Source: Trypanosoma brucei (Eukaryota). From it: a stretch of 64,000 nucleotides of DNA. Both the position numbers and the translations under genes were made by a program. The notes beneath the pieces are model-generated. The model searched no databases. It was given only the letters and a program-made list of their open reading frames with translations, and was not told the origin of the DNA. The stretch covers positions 448,001 to 512,000 of the forward strand of contig CP000067.1 in assembly GCA_000002445.1 (NCBI GenBank), given 5' to 3'. Each line of letters begins with the position of its first letter. The first letter of the stretch is position 1. This document shows, piece by piece, positions 11,437-23,885 of the stretch.

Positions 11437-13758
11437 TCAAGAGAATGAAGTACGATTGGCCCCCAGTAGACCCCTCCGCCCTGCAGCAGTTGCAACGCTG
11501 GTGCCGCTTCCAGCGACTACGATGCCGGTGTTGGGATTACAAAAGGAGCGTAGAGGACCTGATCCACTTCCTCCTGACACTATCATTGCCCGCCTCACCA
11601 TTCCGCATACAAATGAGCGAGGCGGCATCGATGGGTGAGTGTGTGACAACAACTGAACCGCCTGATCATATGGAAGAAAACTCGGAACCCCCTTAACCGT
11701 TAGAGGCGGAAATACCCGACCATCTTTAATGGTGATCGCTTCAGGAAGCTCTTCTGCCTTCATCGCATCCATCACAGTAACGAGTGGGTCACCGGTGGAG
11801 TCACGCGCGAGTGCTACCTGACCACCATTCATGAACGCTAACTTGAAGTAACGCTCCGCTATTTCTATTTGTAACTGCCGTTGCAGAGCCATCAGTAAAC
11901 CTCTTGGGTTATGGTACGCAGTTGCAGTTAGACGGCTCATCGGGTTCCATCCCTTCAAGTCAAGTAGTGCCACAAGAAGTGCCTTTCCAACATCTCCAAA
12001 CATTGCAGTGGTATACCGAGGACATGTCCCATTTTGCTGCACTTCAGCCTCCTCAACTGGTGAATTCATGAGAGCTGCGACACCGTTAAGAGCGTTTCCC
12101 ACGACATGAGAAGCCTCAATCGTGTAGCTATGAATCATACCGGTTCTTTGATATAACGTCACTCGGCTAGAATTGTCGCGACCCTCACCCGTCTTTCCCG
12201 TAGCAAACATGTTCGCCTCAGAGAAGTTGCATGACTGAAATTCAAAGTAAGGTGTATTCAAGGACACAAGCTTTGTGTACAAGAGGCATTGCAACAGCTC
12301 CGGTGCATCCATCGAGTTCCCATAGAAGAACATCCCGCGCTTGTTGGAGTGGGCGTGCATATCAATGAACAAGGCGAGTTTCCCCTTTGTTTCGCTGAGG
12401 GAATCCAACAAACCTCTAATATGATACGGTGCCGGGTGACGACGCTTAGATGGTGTTCTATATGCGCGGTTAAGGTTCACACCCTCTGTGTCGACGCGTG
12501 TGTGACCACGTGCTACACCATCGGGATTAATCATTGGCACAATATAAAACACAAAGTGTGAACGCAGCGCTTCTGCACGCGGGTCACCTTTGTTAAGAAG
12601 GAACTCAATGCAGCCGTGCATCATGTGGCTCGACGGGCATTCCCCCGGATGCACACGCGCCGTGAGAACAACAGCGAGCTTTCCAGAAAACAAGTGAGGG
12701 CGGGACGTCTCACCCCGTACAGAAGAATACGGTGCCTCACCGTTGCTAAATAGAGGAACACGTTTCTCAGAAACACCAAGATAGTCCGTGATGGTAAGCA
12801 AATCAACGTTCAATCCATCTAATGACTTACACAATATCTCATGAGAGAAGTATACGTCTGTAGTATAGGGCGTAGCCTTGCCGCTTCCAGACAGTTCACT
12901 AACATCCGTGGTATCCATAATTCCAGAGGCCAGCTGCTTCCAAACTTTAATGTTTTGTTGCAGAGTTGTATAGGAATACGGATGATTACTGGCCACGTAG
13001 ATAGCTGGGCATTGCGGATGACCTAGCGGATATGGTGACTTGAGAGGTGTCTCAGCATCAATGCGGACATCGAATGTTAAGTTCATTGCGACATATTGAT
13101 CCTTCTTTTTCTTTTTTGTTCCTGTTTGCCCACCAGCAACCGTTAGATCGTTAATTTCTGGCATACCACCTTCTGAGCAACCCTTCGCCTCGGCATCCTC
13201 ATCGCCACCGTACGCCTCCGGTTCCCCGTCACCTCCCTTCTTTGCCCAAGGTTTTAACACAAATCCCGGGTAGCCGGGCGTTGGTGGCATCACTTCTAAT
13301 GGCGTAACGATAGCACGACCGGGAAGGCGGCAGTACTGCGGTTTCCCTGGGCAGACGGAGACGACGGGCATCCAACCGTATGTAAACATTTTGCAGTGCA
13401 TCATACCCACAAAGGTAAAAGCAAGTACGCAACCTTTGGTTCCACCACGAATGGCAAAGTGAAACCACTGACGGTTGTTGGTTTGCTGAGGGGAATTACC
13501 ACAGTCGGGAGCAGTGTACATCAGGTAACGAAAAGGTCCCGTGCGTTCAACCTGAATCAAATTCCCGCTGTCAAATTTTGAGGAGAACGAAAGACCATCT
13601 TCCGGGAACTCAAACTCCCGCTGGTTGTTTGGTGGTGGTGAGGGCGCCCAATTGGCTGGATCCTCTTCCCTGGCGTCTCCCAACGCCGTGCCACGGGCCG
13701 CCCCCGCAAGCGATTCACTGTTAATAAGACTTTTCTGCACCTTTGCTTCTACCATCAT
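11437..13758 (-). CDS. Cytosolic carboxypeptidase, M14 family (Nna1/CCP-like, putative tubulin deglutamylase)
   Basis: 773 aa. It has the CCP-specific N-domain motif FDSGNL, then an M14 zinc carboxypeptidase core (..PMINPDGV.., HAHSNKRGMFFYGN). ATG confirmed (CAT 13756-13758). Confidence 0.75.
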   Translation of the reverse strand: MMVEAKVQKSLINSESLAGAARGTALGDAREEDPANWAPSPPPNNQREFEFPEDGLSFSSKFDSGNLIQVERTGPFRYLMYTAPDCGNSPQQTNNRQWFHFAIRGGTKGCVLAFTFVGMMHCKMFTYGWMPVVSVCPGKPQYCRLPGRAIVTPLEVMPPTPGYPGFVLKPWAKKGGDGEPEAYGGDEDAEAKGCSEGGMPEINDLTVAGGQTGTKKKKKDQYVAMNLTFDVRIDAETPLKSPYPLGHPQCPAIYVASNHPYSYTTLQQNIKVWKQLASGIMDTTDVSELSGSGKATPYTTDVYFSHEILCKSLDGLNVDLLTITDYLGVSEKRVPLFSNGEAPYSSVRGETSRPHLFSGKLAVVLTARVHPGECPSSHMMHGCIEFLLNKGDPRAEALRSHFVFYIVPMINPDGVARGHTRVDTEGVNLNRAYRTPSKRRHPAPYHIRGLLDSLSETKGKLALFIDMHAHSNKRGMFFYGNSMDAPELLQCLLYTKLVSLNTPYFEFQSCNFSEANMFATGKTGEGRDNSSRVTLYQRTGMIHSYTIEASHVVGNALNGVAALMNSPVEEAEVQQNGTCPRYTTAMFGDVGKALLVALLDLKGWNPMSRLTATAYHNPRGLLMALQRQLQIEIAERYFKLAFMNGGQVALARDSTGDPLVTVMDAMKAEELPEAITIKDGRVFPPLTVKGVPSFLPYDQAVQLLSHTHPSMPPRSFVCGMVRRAMIVSGGSGSGPLRSFCNPNTGIVVAGSGTSVATAAGRRGLLGANRTSFS

Positions 13759-14614
13759 ATTACTATATTCGTACAGACCAGTTTGTTTGCACCGTTTAAA
13801 GTTCTCTCTGTTCTCCTTCTTTTGTTTTACCTCTACTCACACTTAAGTACTTTTGTTGTTATAACTTCTACTTTCTGTTACTTAACCCCTCGCCTCCTCC
13901 AATGAACGGGTCGACGTGATTAATTATGGCTGCGGCTCACAGAGCCCCTCCAAGTTACGTATGTTTGTGCCTCCCTTTTATCTGTTTACCTACCTACCTC
14001 GACGTGTGGAACAAGTTGTGTGGATGGAGTTGGTCCAAACAGGGGAGTGAAAAAAAAAAAAAGAGCTCTACGCGCAGAGAAAAGAGAATGATGAAGTTTT
14101 AGAAGCGAAATACCAAAAAGCACGTGTGGGAAAGTTGTCCCACGCTACCAGTTTGGGAGCAACGTTACACATACGTTCTTCCTACCACTTGTTGAACGAA
14201 ACTTAAGGTAGTAATAAATCCTTTTACGTTTGCATCCCCCTCTCCCTTACCGCTGTTGTCCCTCTTTGCTTCCAGCTGAGGTGAGGAGGGACCGAAGGCG
14301 AGCTTCACAACTTCACCACCCATACTTAACGCACCACTGAGTACCAAAGAATAGGCAAAGCCAAAAGAAAGTGAAGAAAAGTGGTCCACGGACTAAAAAA
14401 AAAAAGGTTAATCGACACCACTCACCTCATTCATTTTTCCATAACAATGTTGCCACTTCCCTGACGTCTTCCCTCCTCTTGCGTCCTGGTCGCGGGTATC
14501 ACATAAACCTCAGTTGTTTTTTTTTTTTAAATTAACCCAGCGTCGTGCAGAGAAGGGAAGCATGAGGATTGGGAAGAAAGGACAGCGAATGGAAACAAAC
14601 ACCAATAGACATAC

Positions 14615-16351
14615 TTACTTACGCCAACCCCAACTCCACTTCCAACGCGACCCCTCATCGGCGGCCTCCGCCCCGTCTCCTTTTGTTTCGGCGGCCGCGG
14701 GGGCCTCGCTTGTTGGGTAGTCGACATACGTGGAAGCAATATCCACAAAAACAGGTTTACACGGCACTGCCTGATAATCTGGTGGAAACTTAATGACATT
14801 GTGCGCTACTGCCACCTCATCACCCGCATCTACAAGGTAGGGCACAAAGGCCTGTCGCTTCTTGTTTTCCTCTCCAATCCCCGCCACGGAAGACAACAAA
14901 GTTGATGAGGCGAGACGAAGTGCGGATTTCTCCACGAGGAGGCGCAAGTTCTCTACAGTTGGTGTCGATGGTATCCCGTCAAGAACTGACAGAGCGGCCT
15001 TGTAGCAATTTTGAGCCCGCTCGCTCTCCTTCGTAATGCGCCAGCTCTCCCCTAAATACAGGAGTTTGCCCGCACGGCATAAGGCAGAGTTTTCTTCCAC
15101 GTCAGATCGACCATCGACACCGGGTAGCATTTCCATATCTCCAATCGTTTCCAACGCCGCATCGTAGAGGCGAACAATCTCCATGGGAGAGGCGTATTGC
15201 GATGGCTGGATTTCCTTTCGGCTCTTCCCACCAGCAATACCACCAGTGCCAACTCCGGAAATTACGCTAACAGTGCGGGCGCTGCGATCAACGTTATTGC
15301 CACTAAGGCATTTCTCCGTTGCATGAAAACGGCGCGCGTGCACCTCCACCATGAAAAGAGTACGCTGCAACGTTTCGTATGAGACTTGGAATATCAAGTA
15401 ATGCACCAAAAGTTGTAGCTCCGTCTTTTGTTTCTCATCCGAAAGCGTTCTCAAGTCCTTGCGGGCATGAGCTAAGGCGTCATTAAGAGATCCAATGCGC
15501 CGGTCCATAAGGTCGAGTGCTCGGTTCTGAAGCCCGACGGGAATGAGAGAACTGGCCTCAGTCGCCTTCGCCTTTGCTGCCTCCACATTGACCGCCCGTG
15601 CACCCCGCAACGCATCCCTCACTTTAATCGAGGCAACATTTAGCTGCCGGTTATTCCATTCGATGGTAGTGGCGCCAATGCTTTCGGGAGTGTCCTCGAG
15701 GCTAAGGTTTGGTTTGTACGACGAGGGATCCTCACCCAGTCGAAGCATGCAGAACACCACGCGATCGTCCAACTCCGTTACCTTCGAAAAGATAAGCGAT
15801 AGCTGCTCAGGGTTGCTACACTTCCGCAGTTCGTAGTACAGCTCACGGGAATCACGGAAGTGGTCCCTCGCCTCTGCCATTAGCCCATGTGCTGCAGCCG
15901 CACGTCCCTTAACTTCCAGTACGTAAGCCGAAACCTCTTTCTGAAGTCTCTCATTTGCAACAACCTGCGCAATGGCCTGCAGCTTCGTAGCCCACTTTAC
16001 CGACTTGTTCAGCCGCTTCCTATATTGACATTTCGGTGGAATACCGCCAGGAGGCTTTGCCTCGGTCCCTTCAGCACTGCTGGCGGTGCGATGTTTCTCC
16101 TGCATATCTTCCGCAGCCGCCCAACATCTCTCTGCACAGAGAATCAGCAGTTGCAAGTGCTCGGGCTTCGTCGCGTTATGAGGCGTAACTTCCTTCTGTT
16201 GGAATTTCTTTGTATTCTGCAGCATTCCAAGCTGACTACGAAGTGTTGAGAGCCGATTCGTGGTGTAGCACCGGTAACGTGCATAGTCCTCGGCACGCAG
16301 CCCATGTTGGAGTTGAATCTCCTTTAGGAACAACAGTAGATCAAAGTCCAT
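14615..16351 (-). CDS. SRP68: Signal recognition particle 68 kDa subunit
   Basis: The N-terminus MDFDLLLFLKEIQLQHGLRAEDYARYRCYTTNRLSTLR matches the SRP68 RNA-binding domain signature (L..K.AQ..HGLR..DY.RYR.YC..RL..LR). The ORF-track start at 16381 is a TTG, and the first ATG is at 16351 (CAT 16349-16351). Confidence 0.65.
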   Translation of the reverse strand: MDFDLLLFLKEIQLQHGLRAEDYARYRCYTTNRLSTLRSQLGMLQNTKKFQQKEVTPHNATKPEHLQLLILCAERCWAAAEDMQEKHRTASSAEGTEAKPPGGIPPKCQYRKRLNKSVKWATKLQAIAQVVANERLQKEVSAYVLEVKGRAAAAHGLMAEARDHFRDSRELYYELRKCSNPEQLSLIFSKVTELDDRVVFCMLRLGEDPSSYKPNLSLEDTPESIGATTIEWNNRQLNVASIKVRDALRGARAVNVEAAKAKATEASSLIPVGLQNRALDLMDRRIGSLNDALAHARKDLRTLSDEKQKTELQLLVHYLIFQVSYETLQRTLFMVEVHARRFHATEKCLSGNNVDRSARTVSVISGVGTGGIAGGKSRKEIQPSQYASPMEIVRLYDAALETIGDMEMLPGVDGRSDVEENSALCRAGKLLYLGESWRITKESERAQNCYKAALSVLDGIPSTPTVENLRLLVEKSALRLASSTLLSSVAGIGEENKKRQAFVPYLVDAGDEVAVAHNVIKFPPDYQAVPCKPVFVDIASTYVDYPTSEAPAAAETKGDGAEAADEGSRWKWSWGWRK

Positions 16352-17051
16352 TGTGTGTGTGTGTATGTGTGTGGGTTGCAATCTCCTATATCGGGTTTAA
16401 TATGCTTTTCTTACTTCCCTTTGTTGTACTTTTACCTTTCTTATCTTACCTTACTCCAACCTTCTTGTCCTGGTGCGGGTGGACTCCACAACCCACGACG
16501 TAAACGCGGGAAAATACAAGGCAAGAGAAACAACATAAAACGGGGCAAAGGATTTATTAATGAGTAAAGGATGACAGTCGTCCTCACTGCATAACGAACA
16601 GAACAAAAAAAAAAATGTGATTCAACACTGACCCGGTCAACGGGACGGGGAATCACATTTCTTCTTTTTTTCTTTTTGTACGTTTTTTGTGTGATTTTTT
16701 TTTATTTGTGAAATTATTTTCCGAAACAAAAAATAAAATTGAAAAGTAATTAAGAGAAGTCTTACTCCATCATACTACCCCGTACAGGTATGGGGACCAG
16801 TGCAAGCGGCAACAAAGAGGAAAGAAGCCAAAAGAGAGAGAGAGAGAAAGTAGGGAGAGAAAAAAAGGGAAGGAACGTTCAGTGATTGGTATTCCTCCTC
16901 CCCCCCCCCAAACACACACACACACACGCATATTCCTTACCTATTTCACTTACCCATTTCTTCTTCTTCTCATTATTATTGTTTTACCTTTCCCCTTCCT
17001 CTTTATCCCTCTCTGGCCATTCCATGTATGTATGCCCAACAGCGCCTTCTT

Positions 17052-17555
17052 TTACTTTGCCTTTGTCTCAGCGCCCATCTTGCGGAGGGCAATCTTGAAG
17101 GCAATGGTGTCTGCCACCTTGCGACCGAGTTTAGTAACACGATGTCCAGCTCCCTTGCATTTCTCAAGCAATTCCAACTTGGTAAGGCTCTTGCAACACC
17201 AGTGAAGGAGACCTTTTGAAGCGCGAGTTGTAATCTCAGGACGGCTTCCGCGGTTTTTCTTGCTGGAGAAGCGCTTACTGAGGCCACCATATCCCACACC
17301 AGGGCGCAGGTACACCGCACGGAGCACAGCGGCGCAACGGATGTAATACCAGTCGGGATTCTGCGGGGCGCGCTCGCGGCCGTGTGAAGTCTTGACAATT
17401 TCTGCACAGTTTGGTACCATCATTTTACCCTCCTGCTTGAAATGTTGGCTGCAGATCTTCACCCAGCGCCATGGGTGAACATCACGCAGAGTCGCGCCCT
17501 TCTTCTTTCCGATGCGGCGGATCTTGGAATTAGCCTTTGTGCGAGCGACAGCCAT
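17052..17555 (-). CDS. RPS19: 40S ribosomal protein S19
   Basis: 167 aa; PDWYYIRCAAVLRAVYLRPGVGYGGL..GSRPE is the eS19 pattern. ATG confirmed (CAT 17553-17555). A minus-strand CT-rich tract lies at ~17652-17700 upstream. Confidence 0.9.
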   Translation of the reverse strand: MAVARTKANSKIRRIGKKKGATLRDVHPWRWVKICSQHFKQEGKMMVPNCAEIVKTSHGRERAPQNPDWYYIRCAAVLRAVYLRPGVGYGGLSKRFSSKKNRGSRPEITTRASKGLLHWCCKSLTKLELLEKCKGAGHRVTKLGRKVADTIAFKIALRKMGAETKAK

Positions 17556-20187
17556 TTTTTTGCTTGTTAAACTCGGGTTTGACGGTGTAAAGATGCGCGA
17601 GCTGCGAGACGAGAACTTCTCTCTTTTATTTTTATTTTGTTATTGTTTTTTTTTTGCGGAATTGGAAAAAAAACAAACAAACAAACAAACAAATGGGGTG
17701 GGGAAAGTAGCAAAATTATTAGCAAGATATATATATATATATATGTGCACACATTTACTTACAAGTATGATACGCATACCGCAAGAGGAGGAATAACATG
17801 TTATATATAGGGATTAGAAACTCGAATACGACGAGGGCTATATATATATATATATTTCTTTTTTCTTTTATTTTGACGGCAGATATTTAAACCAAACAAA
17901 GACAAAATGGATAGAAATATATCATCATAACGCTGTTACTTTTTCTCTTTTTTTTTTTTGGTGGCGGAGAAGAGGGGGAGAGGAAAAGGAGGGGGAAGGA
18001 TTAGGCATGGTAACACCACCACCAATAAAAATAACACTAACAACAAACGAGAGAAGGGAACACGGCAGTGAAATTGGTATAAACTTTAAACAAACACAAT
18101 TGCACATATACACACGGAGGAAGAGGGAAAAGAAGAAGAAAAGGAAAAGTGCCAGAGCGGACGAAGCATATATATATATGCATATATATTTAAAAAAAAA
18201 CAGACATGCGCCACCCATCATAATCCAACGAACACTCAACACTAAAACAGTGTTCCATCCGACATTACTTAACTAATAAATTCAGGAAATGTGTTTATGT
18301 GTTTGTGTGTGTGTGAGGCGGAATTATCTGAACTAATGCCACAACTTGACTGCATTCCCTGAAGACGGAAAGAAATTCAACCACCAGATGGAAATAATAA
18401 CGAGATTATTATTATTTTTATTTTTTGTTAATTTTCTTCTTCAAAAAAAAAAAAATTAGATGAAGTAACAAGAAATTAACCATAACAATGAGTTAACATC
18501 ACTACCTCTCACTGATATCATCATCATGGTAATAAACATAATTCTTTTATCTTTTCTTTATATATGTATATATATATATGTATTTTTTTTGAATTAAGTT
18601 TTTTTTAAAAAAAAAAAGAAACAAGGAGAGAAGGAAGGAAAGAGATGGAGAAGAGTGAAATGATATGCATATATATGTATATATATATATATATTTTTTT
18701 TTTTGAATTGCATATTTGCGTACACGGGAAGCAATGGATGGGAAAGTAACGTGGAAAATAACTTTTCATATATCTATGTATGCAACATTTATTTATTTAT
18801 TTACTTATTCTTTTTTTTTCCCCCCCTCTTGCATTTTAATTAAGGCAGCGGTGTTATTACTATCGATAACAATAATAACAGAGAAAGACTGAGTTGAAAA
18901 CGGCCCTCCCCCCCCCCCACCACCTCACAACAAAAACAAAAAAAAAACAGCACCAAAAGTAAACAACGACGCAACCCGGAGAAAATGTGCTCAATGCTTT
19001 CAAATATATAAATAAATAAATAAATATATATATATATATATTACCCCGCCCCTCTCCCTCATGCGCTAAAGTTGTAAAATGCAAAAAGCATGAGAAGAAG
19101 AACAAAAGGAACGAGAATGAAAAGGAGGAAGAAAAAAAAAAAACAGCAACAACAACAAAACAACAAAGCAGAAGCAATAGCAATAGCAATAGCAATCGAG
19201 TTGGATCTCGGGGAAAATATTTTTTGAAATGGAAAAGACAACGACAACAACAAAAACATTACCGAGTTATTTATTCGTAATCAATGAAGAAAAGGTAAAA
19301 CATGGTTGTTGTTATTGTTGTTGTTGTTTTTTTTAAAAAAATTGAGGGGCGGAATCAGCAAAAAAGGAGGTAAGAGGAATAAACGTTGGCCGGATGAAAC
19401 ATGATTTCGTGTGATGGTTGAAGAGGCACCTCCCAAGCCACCAGCAATAACAATAACAATGAAAAGAAAAAGGAAAAAAAAAGAAGACATAACTACTTGA
19501 AAAAAAAAAAAAGAAAAATTCAAAACTTGAAAAAAGCATTTGGTCATACTACTAAAGCAAAAGATTTTCATTGGCCTCTGCTGCAGAAAAACCTTTTTAA
19601 AAAAAAAGAGTTAAATACCCTCCCCTCCTTTTTTTTTTCTCCCCACCCCACCCCACCCCACCTGCTCCAAACTCCTTTTATTCTCCCTATTCTTCATTGG
19701 TTTTCTCTTCTGCGTGGCTTACTGGTTTTTAGTCTTTTCTCCGTCTTCGGCGCGCCGTATTCCCATCATGAAAAAAAAAAAATTAAAAAAAATTTTCTAT
19801 ACTTGTATTTATATGCTTACTTATATGTATCGATGTATTCGCATACAGTCAACATCAATGTGTTGATGCTTGTTTTCCCTCCCTTCTTTTTTTTTTTGTA
19901 CGCCTCTTGCCACATACTATATTCTTTTTGTCATGCCTCACCTTTCTTTTCTTTTCCTTTCCCCCTATTATTATTATTATTATAATTATTATTTTTTCCC
20001 CTCTTTTATTTAATTTTTTTTTTTTGAAACCTTCGTTTTCCCTTTCCCCATGACTTCTTCTTATTCCCATCCCTTCTCTTCTCTTCTCTTCTCTTCTCTT
20101 TCCTTTTGTTCCCATTCTCCTCACAGCATCCAATCAACTCATCTCAAGTGTCTAACAATTGTTCCCTCAACGCCCGACTCATATCTT

Positions 20188-21468
20188 TCAACTGTCACCT
20201 GAAAAGTAATGTGCGAAGGCAAAAGGACTCAAACACGCAACGAGATTGTCACTTCCCCCCCTCACGACCGTATCGTAAACGTTAAATTCCAATTCCACAC
20301 GATCTTTCCCCGCTTGCACCTGCCCTCGTAGAAGTGCCACCGCCCCCTTATTACCATGCATTCCACAATAGTTTGGGGCTGAGAAAAGAGTTAATACGAG
20401 ACCACCGTGACACCACATATAACCCTCACGGGCGCATTGATGACCGCGCAGGATGAATTGCATTCCAGGTTTCATCTCTCCTATTAGTTGCCTCTTCGAG
20501 GGAGGAAATCCATAACTGTAGTTGCGGTCAAGGAAAGACCTCGTGACGTCTGGCCCGAATATGAAACCGCAGCCCCGATTATTCATTTGACATCCACTAA
20601 CTTGGTCTTCCGGATCGGACCACAATAAACCATCTATCACGAGGCGAGCCTTCGCTCCAGGGCCCTCCAACATGTCATCGCCCCCCCTCGATGTTGGAGT
20701 ATAAAATGTGTCCTCAAAATCATCCACCATGCCGTACTCATTACGGCGGAGTGATCTCAATAGTGGAACTGACAAGGTGTGAGGGCTGAGACCACCATGA
20801 GTGCAGAAGAACATACCTGAAGGACAGGCCACAACAGCAGCTAATGGCAACCAACAAAACACAGTGTTGTATTGAAGCCATGTGCTACTCGTTATATCCA
20901 CGCTAGCTGGCCCGCGATCTCCCGTCCCCTCTAATTTAGACTTGCATTCCTGAAAGAAACCATAGAGGCGGGATGTCTGCGCCTCCTCGTGGTTGCCACG
21001 CAATAAGAAGATGTGCTCGGGGTATTCCACCTTTAGTGCAAATAATAAAGTGATGACCTCCAGGCTTTGAGGCCCGCGGTCCACATAATCGCCGAGAAAT
21101 AGAAACTTGTATATCTCTGTGGAAGGTGATCCGCGACCGTCCGTTGCCTTAGTGTTGTTGAGGTTTAACTGAATAGAGAGTACATTACTGAGCATATCTG
21201 CAAATTGACCATGAATATCACCGACAATAACCAAGTTGTCTTGTCGTGGTATGGCAATCTCTAGCACCGTGTTCTCACTTTCAAGCACTTCCTTCGTGTC
21301 TTGGCATAAAATACCGGCCTGCGCAGCGCCACGGGGAAGTGCATCAACGATGGAAACACTTTGCAGTAGGTCCGAAATCAGCTGTGTGTACTTTCCTACA
21401 GCAGGTGGCGTGGTGCTTGGTGGATAAAAGTACACCAGTTCCTCCAAATTCCCTTCCTCTTCTTGCAT
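20188..21468 (-). CDS. Serine/threonine protein phosphatase, PPP family (divergent, with insertions)
   Basis: All PPP catalytic motifs are present: GDIHGQ, GDYVDRG, LRGNHE, HGG, RG, and the terminal His region (WSDP, GHQ). Long insertions lie between motifs, and the N- and C-termini are unusual. The ORF-track start at 21498 is GTG; the first ATG (MQEEEGNLEEL) is at 21468 (CAT 21466-21468). Confidence 0.85.
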   Translation of the reverse strand: MQEEEGNLEELVYFYPPSTTPPAVGKYTQLISDLLQSVSIVDALPRGAAQAGILCQDTKEVLESENTVLEIAIPRQDNLVIVGDIHGQFADMLSNVLSIQLNLNNTKATDGRGSPSTEIYKFLFLGDYVDRGPQSLEVITLLFALKVEYPEHIFLLRGNHEEAQTSRLYGFFQECKSKLEGTGDRGPASVDITSSTWLQYNTVFCWLPLAAVVACPSGMFFCTHGGLSPHTLSVPLLRSLRRNEYGMVDDFEDTFYTPTSRGGDDMLEGPGAKARLVIDGLLWSDPEDQVSGCQMNNRGCGFIFGPDVTRSFLDRNYSYGFPPSKRQLIGEMKPGMQFILRGHQCAREGYMWCHGGLVLTLFSAPNYCGMHGNKGAVALLRGQVQAGKDRVELEFNVYDTVVRGGSDNLVACLSPFAFAHYFSGDS

Positions 21469-21539
21469 ATGTTGTAGAGTACTTATCGTTTGAATCACTC
21501 ACCCACTGTGCCCAATATGTGTCAATACGCGTGGCTAAG

Positions 21540-21543
<4 letters not shown>

Positions 21544-21570
<27 letters not shown>
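21544..21570. repeat. (TA)n microsatellite, ~13 units
   Basis: Read directly, immediately upstream (coding-strand sense) of the phosphatase gene. Confidence 0.85.
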
Positions 21571-23885
21571 ATGTGTAGATGTAAGATACAGGTGGTACTG
21601 CGTCGGAGTGGAGGATGCTTTATTAATGAATAACCAACGACGTTCAGTTACCGACTTTTGCTCCCTGCTTTACTGTCGCTTCTTATTTTAATTAATTTAT
21701 TTTTTCCCTTTGCTCTAAACTCCTCCTTTGCTCTCCTTTTCAACTTTCCACCCCTTCCCTACGGGCACGGGGCGTGACAAAAGCTGAAGGGTTACGGACA
21801 AGTTTCCCCCTCTTGACCAGAGGTGATGCGTTCTAAACTGAGCAAATAACAGGAAGTTTGGGGGGAGGGAAGGGCACAAAAAAGAAAAAAAAATAATAAT
21901 AATTAAAAAGAAAAGAAAAGGGAAAGAAAAAGGAAAGAAGAAAATGCTGAGAAGAGATGCAAACAAATGGCAATGATGATGAAATAAATCAAAATGAAAA
22001 AGGAGAGAAACACGAACAAGTGGGTTTCAACAGAAAGAGAGAGAGAGAGAAAGAAAGAGAAAGAGGGGAACAACTCGTTTGAACAAATGTGTAATTGTAA
22101 GAGGGGAAAAAATATATTGATATGACGTTGATTGCGGCAGTCGCTGAAAAAGGAACTCACAAATTCCTCAGAGGTGAGATTTGGGGGCGCAGCATTACAC
22201 AACAACAAGTAACGACTAAATGGTATGAAAAACGTCTTATGTCTTTTGATTTATTTATTTATTTATTTTTCTTTCTTTTTTCTTTTTCTTTTGACAAAAA
22301 GGGGAAGAGTTCCTTTATTCTCTTTCCCATCGCTTCCTTTTCTTTTGTTCCTTCTCCACACGCTCACTCCAACGTAACCCTCGTCCCTTCATCATCTTTT
22401 TTTTTTCCAACAACTGAAGGGAGAAGTGCACAAGTTGAAAAAAAAAGAAGAAAGAGTGCACGGCGCCTCCCAACACAATGCCCCACACTGTGCCATTGTC
22501 AGAAGAATAACAACATTAATAAAAACAATAATAATGGTGATGGTAACAACAACGGTAACAAAAATAAAAACTGTTATAATTATAAATATAATAAATATAA
22601 TAATAAAACAAAAAAAGAAGTGTTGTGAAAGGGATTATGACATGCAACAACTCATTACCCAACCATCACCAAAGAAAAACAAAACAAAAACACACACGAA
22701 CATGACAAAAAGCACAACATTTCTCCGTAAATACAAACAGTCCATTCCTAAAAATGTTATGACTTTTAATCATTACTTATCGTCCCCTTTTCCCCCTTTT
22801 TCGCTTTTCCCATTTTTTTTTAAAAATTACTTCATTCCACTTCGCCAAACCCGCTGAGCATAACAAAACTACGATTGGTCATACTCGTCCCCGCTCACCA
22901 AAAAAAAAAAAAACAACAACAACAACACAAAAACACACACACGAAGCAGGCGCACAAACAACGATGATACAAATAAAAAGAAAAACGAAAAAAAAAAGAA
23001 AGAAGAAAAAAAACACACACACACACGTAAAGAGAGGAAGGGATTATTACAAACTCAAAAAAAAAAAGGAAAAAAGACACATCATCCTTTCTTTTTCTTT
23101 TTCGTTTTCTTTTTGTTTTTCTTTTTTTCTTTTCTTCCTTTCCCTCTTTTCTTTTTCTGTGTCTCGTCCTGCTCATAACAGCTGTAACGGAACAATAATA
23201 ATAAGAATAACAATAACATTAATAATAATAATAAAGAAGTGCTTGCGACACTACACACAAGCACACAAAGATGAATATATATATATAAAAGAAAGACAGC
23301 AACGATGACACGGTAAAAAAAAAAGGAAAAGAAAAGAAAAAAAAAGGAAAAAGGGATTTAAAGGAAAGGGAAAGGAAAAAAATGATGATAAGGAAGGGAG
23401 AAGAAAAACCAAAAGGATGGTAGAAGCCATAAAAATCGTTGTTGTTGTTGTTGTTGTTATTTTTAACCACATCAGTAAAGGGGTAAAACATTAACAACAG
23501 TAACAGTAATAATAGCAACGGAAAAAGATGAAAACGGAGGGGGAAAAAAAAGTAGGAAGATGTGGGAATCTTCAAACCTTCTCCTTTTTTTACCTTTTAT
23601 TTCTCTTTTTCTCTTTCTCCTCCTCACCTTTTTCTTTTTTTTTTTAAAATCACTTCCGCTCAATTTCATTATTATTATTATTATTATTATTTTGTTGGTG
23701 CTGTTTTTTTTTTCTTTTTAAAAACTTCCTTCCTCCCTTCCTTTTTTCCTTTTTTTTTCTCGCTTATTCATTCGTCCTCTCATTCTCCCTCTCTCTTTTT
23801 TTTCTCTCTCTTTCCCCCCCCTTCACATCTTAACCATAAATCACTCACTCATTCACACGTTCACAACCAAACAATTCCTTTCAAT

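Noticed and set aside
17003-17407. 134-aa minus-strand ORF overlapping RPS19 in a different frame.
   Set aside because: It is an out-of-frame overlap with a highly conserved ribosomal protein CDS, so it is a chance ORF.
19497-19985. Numerous 60-160-aa ORFs rich in F/L/S/K/N/I throughout the spacers (e.g. 19497-19985, 22122-22628, 23969-24457, 33394-33873, 34238-34672).
   Set aside because: They are direct translations of polyT/polyA, (TA)n, (AAT)n and (TTC)n DNA, with no stop-free non-repetitive segment. They are artefacts of low-complexity sequence.
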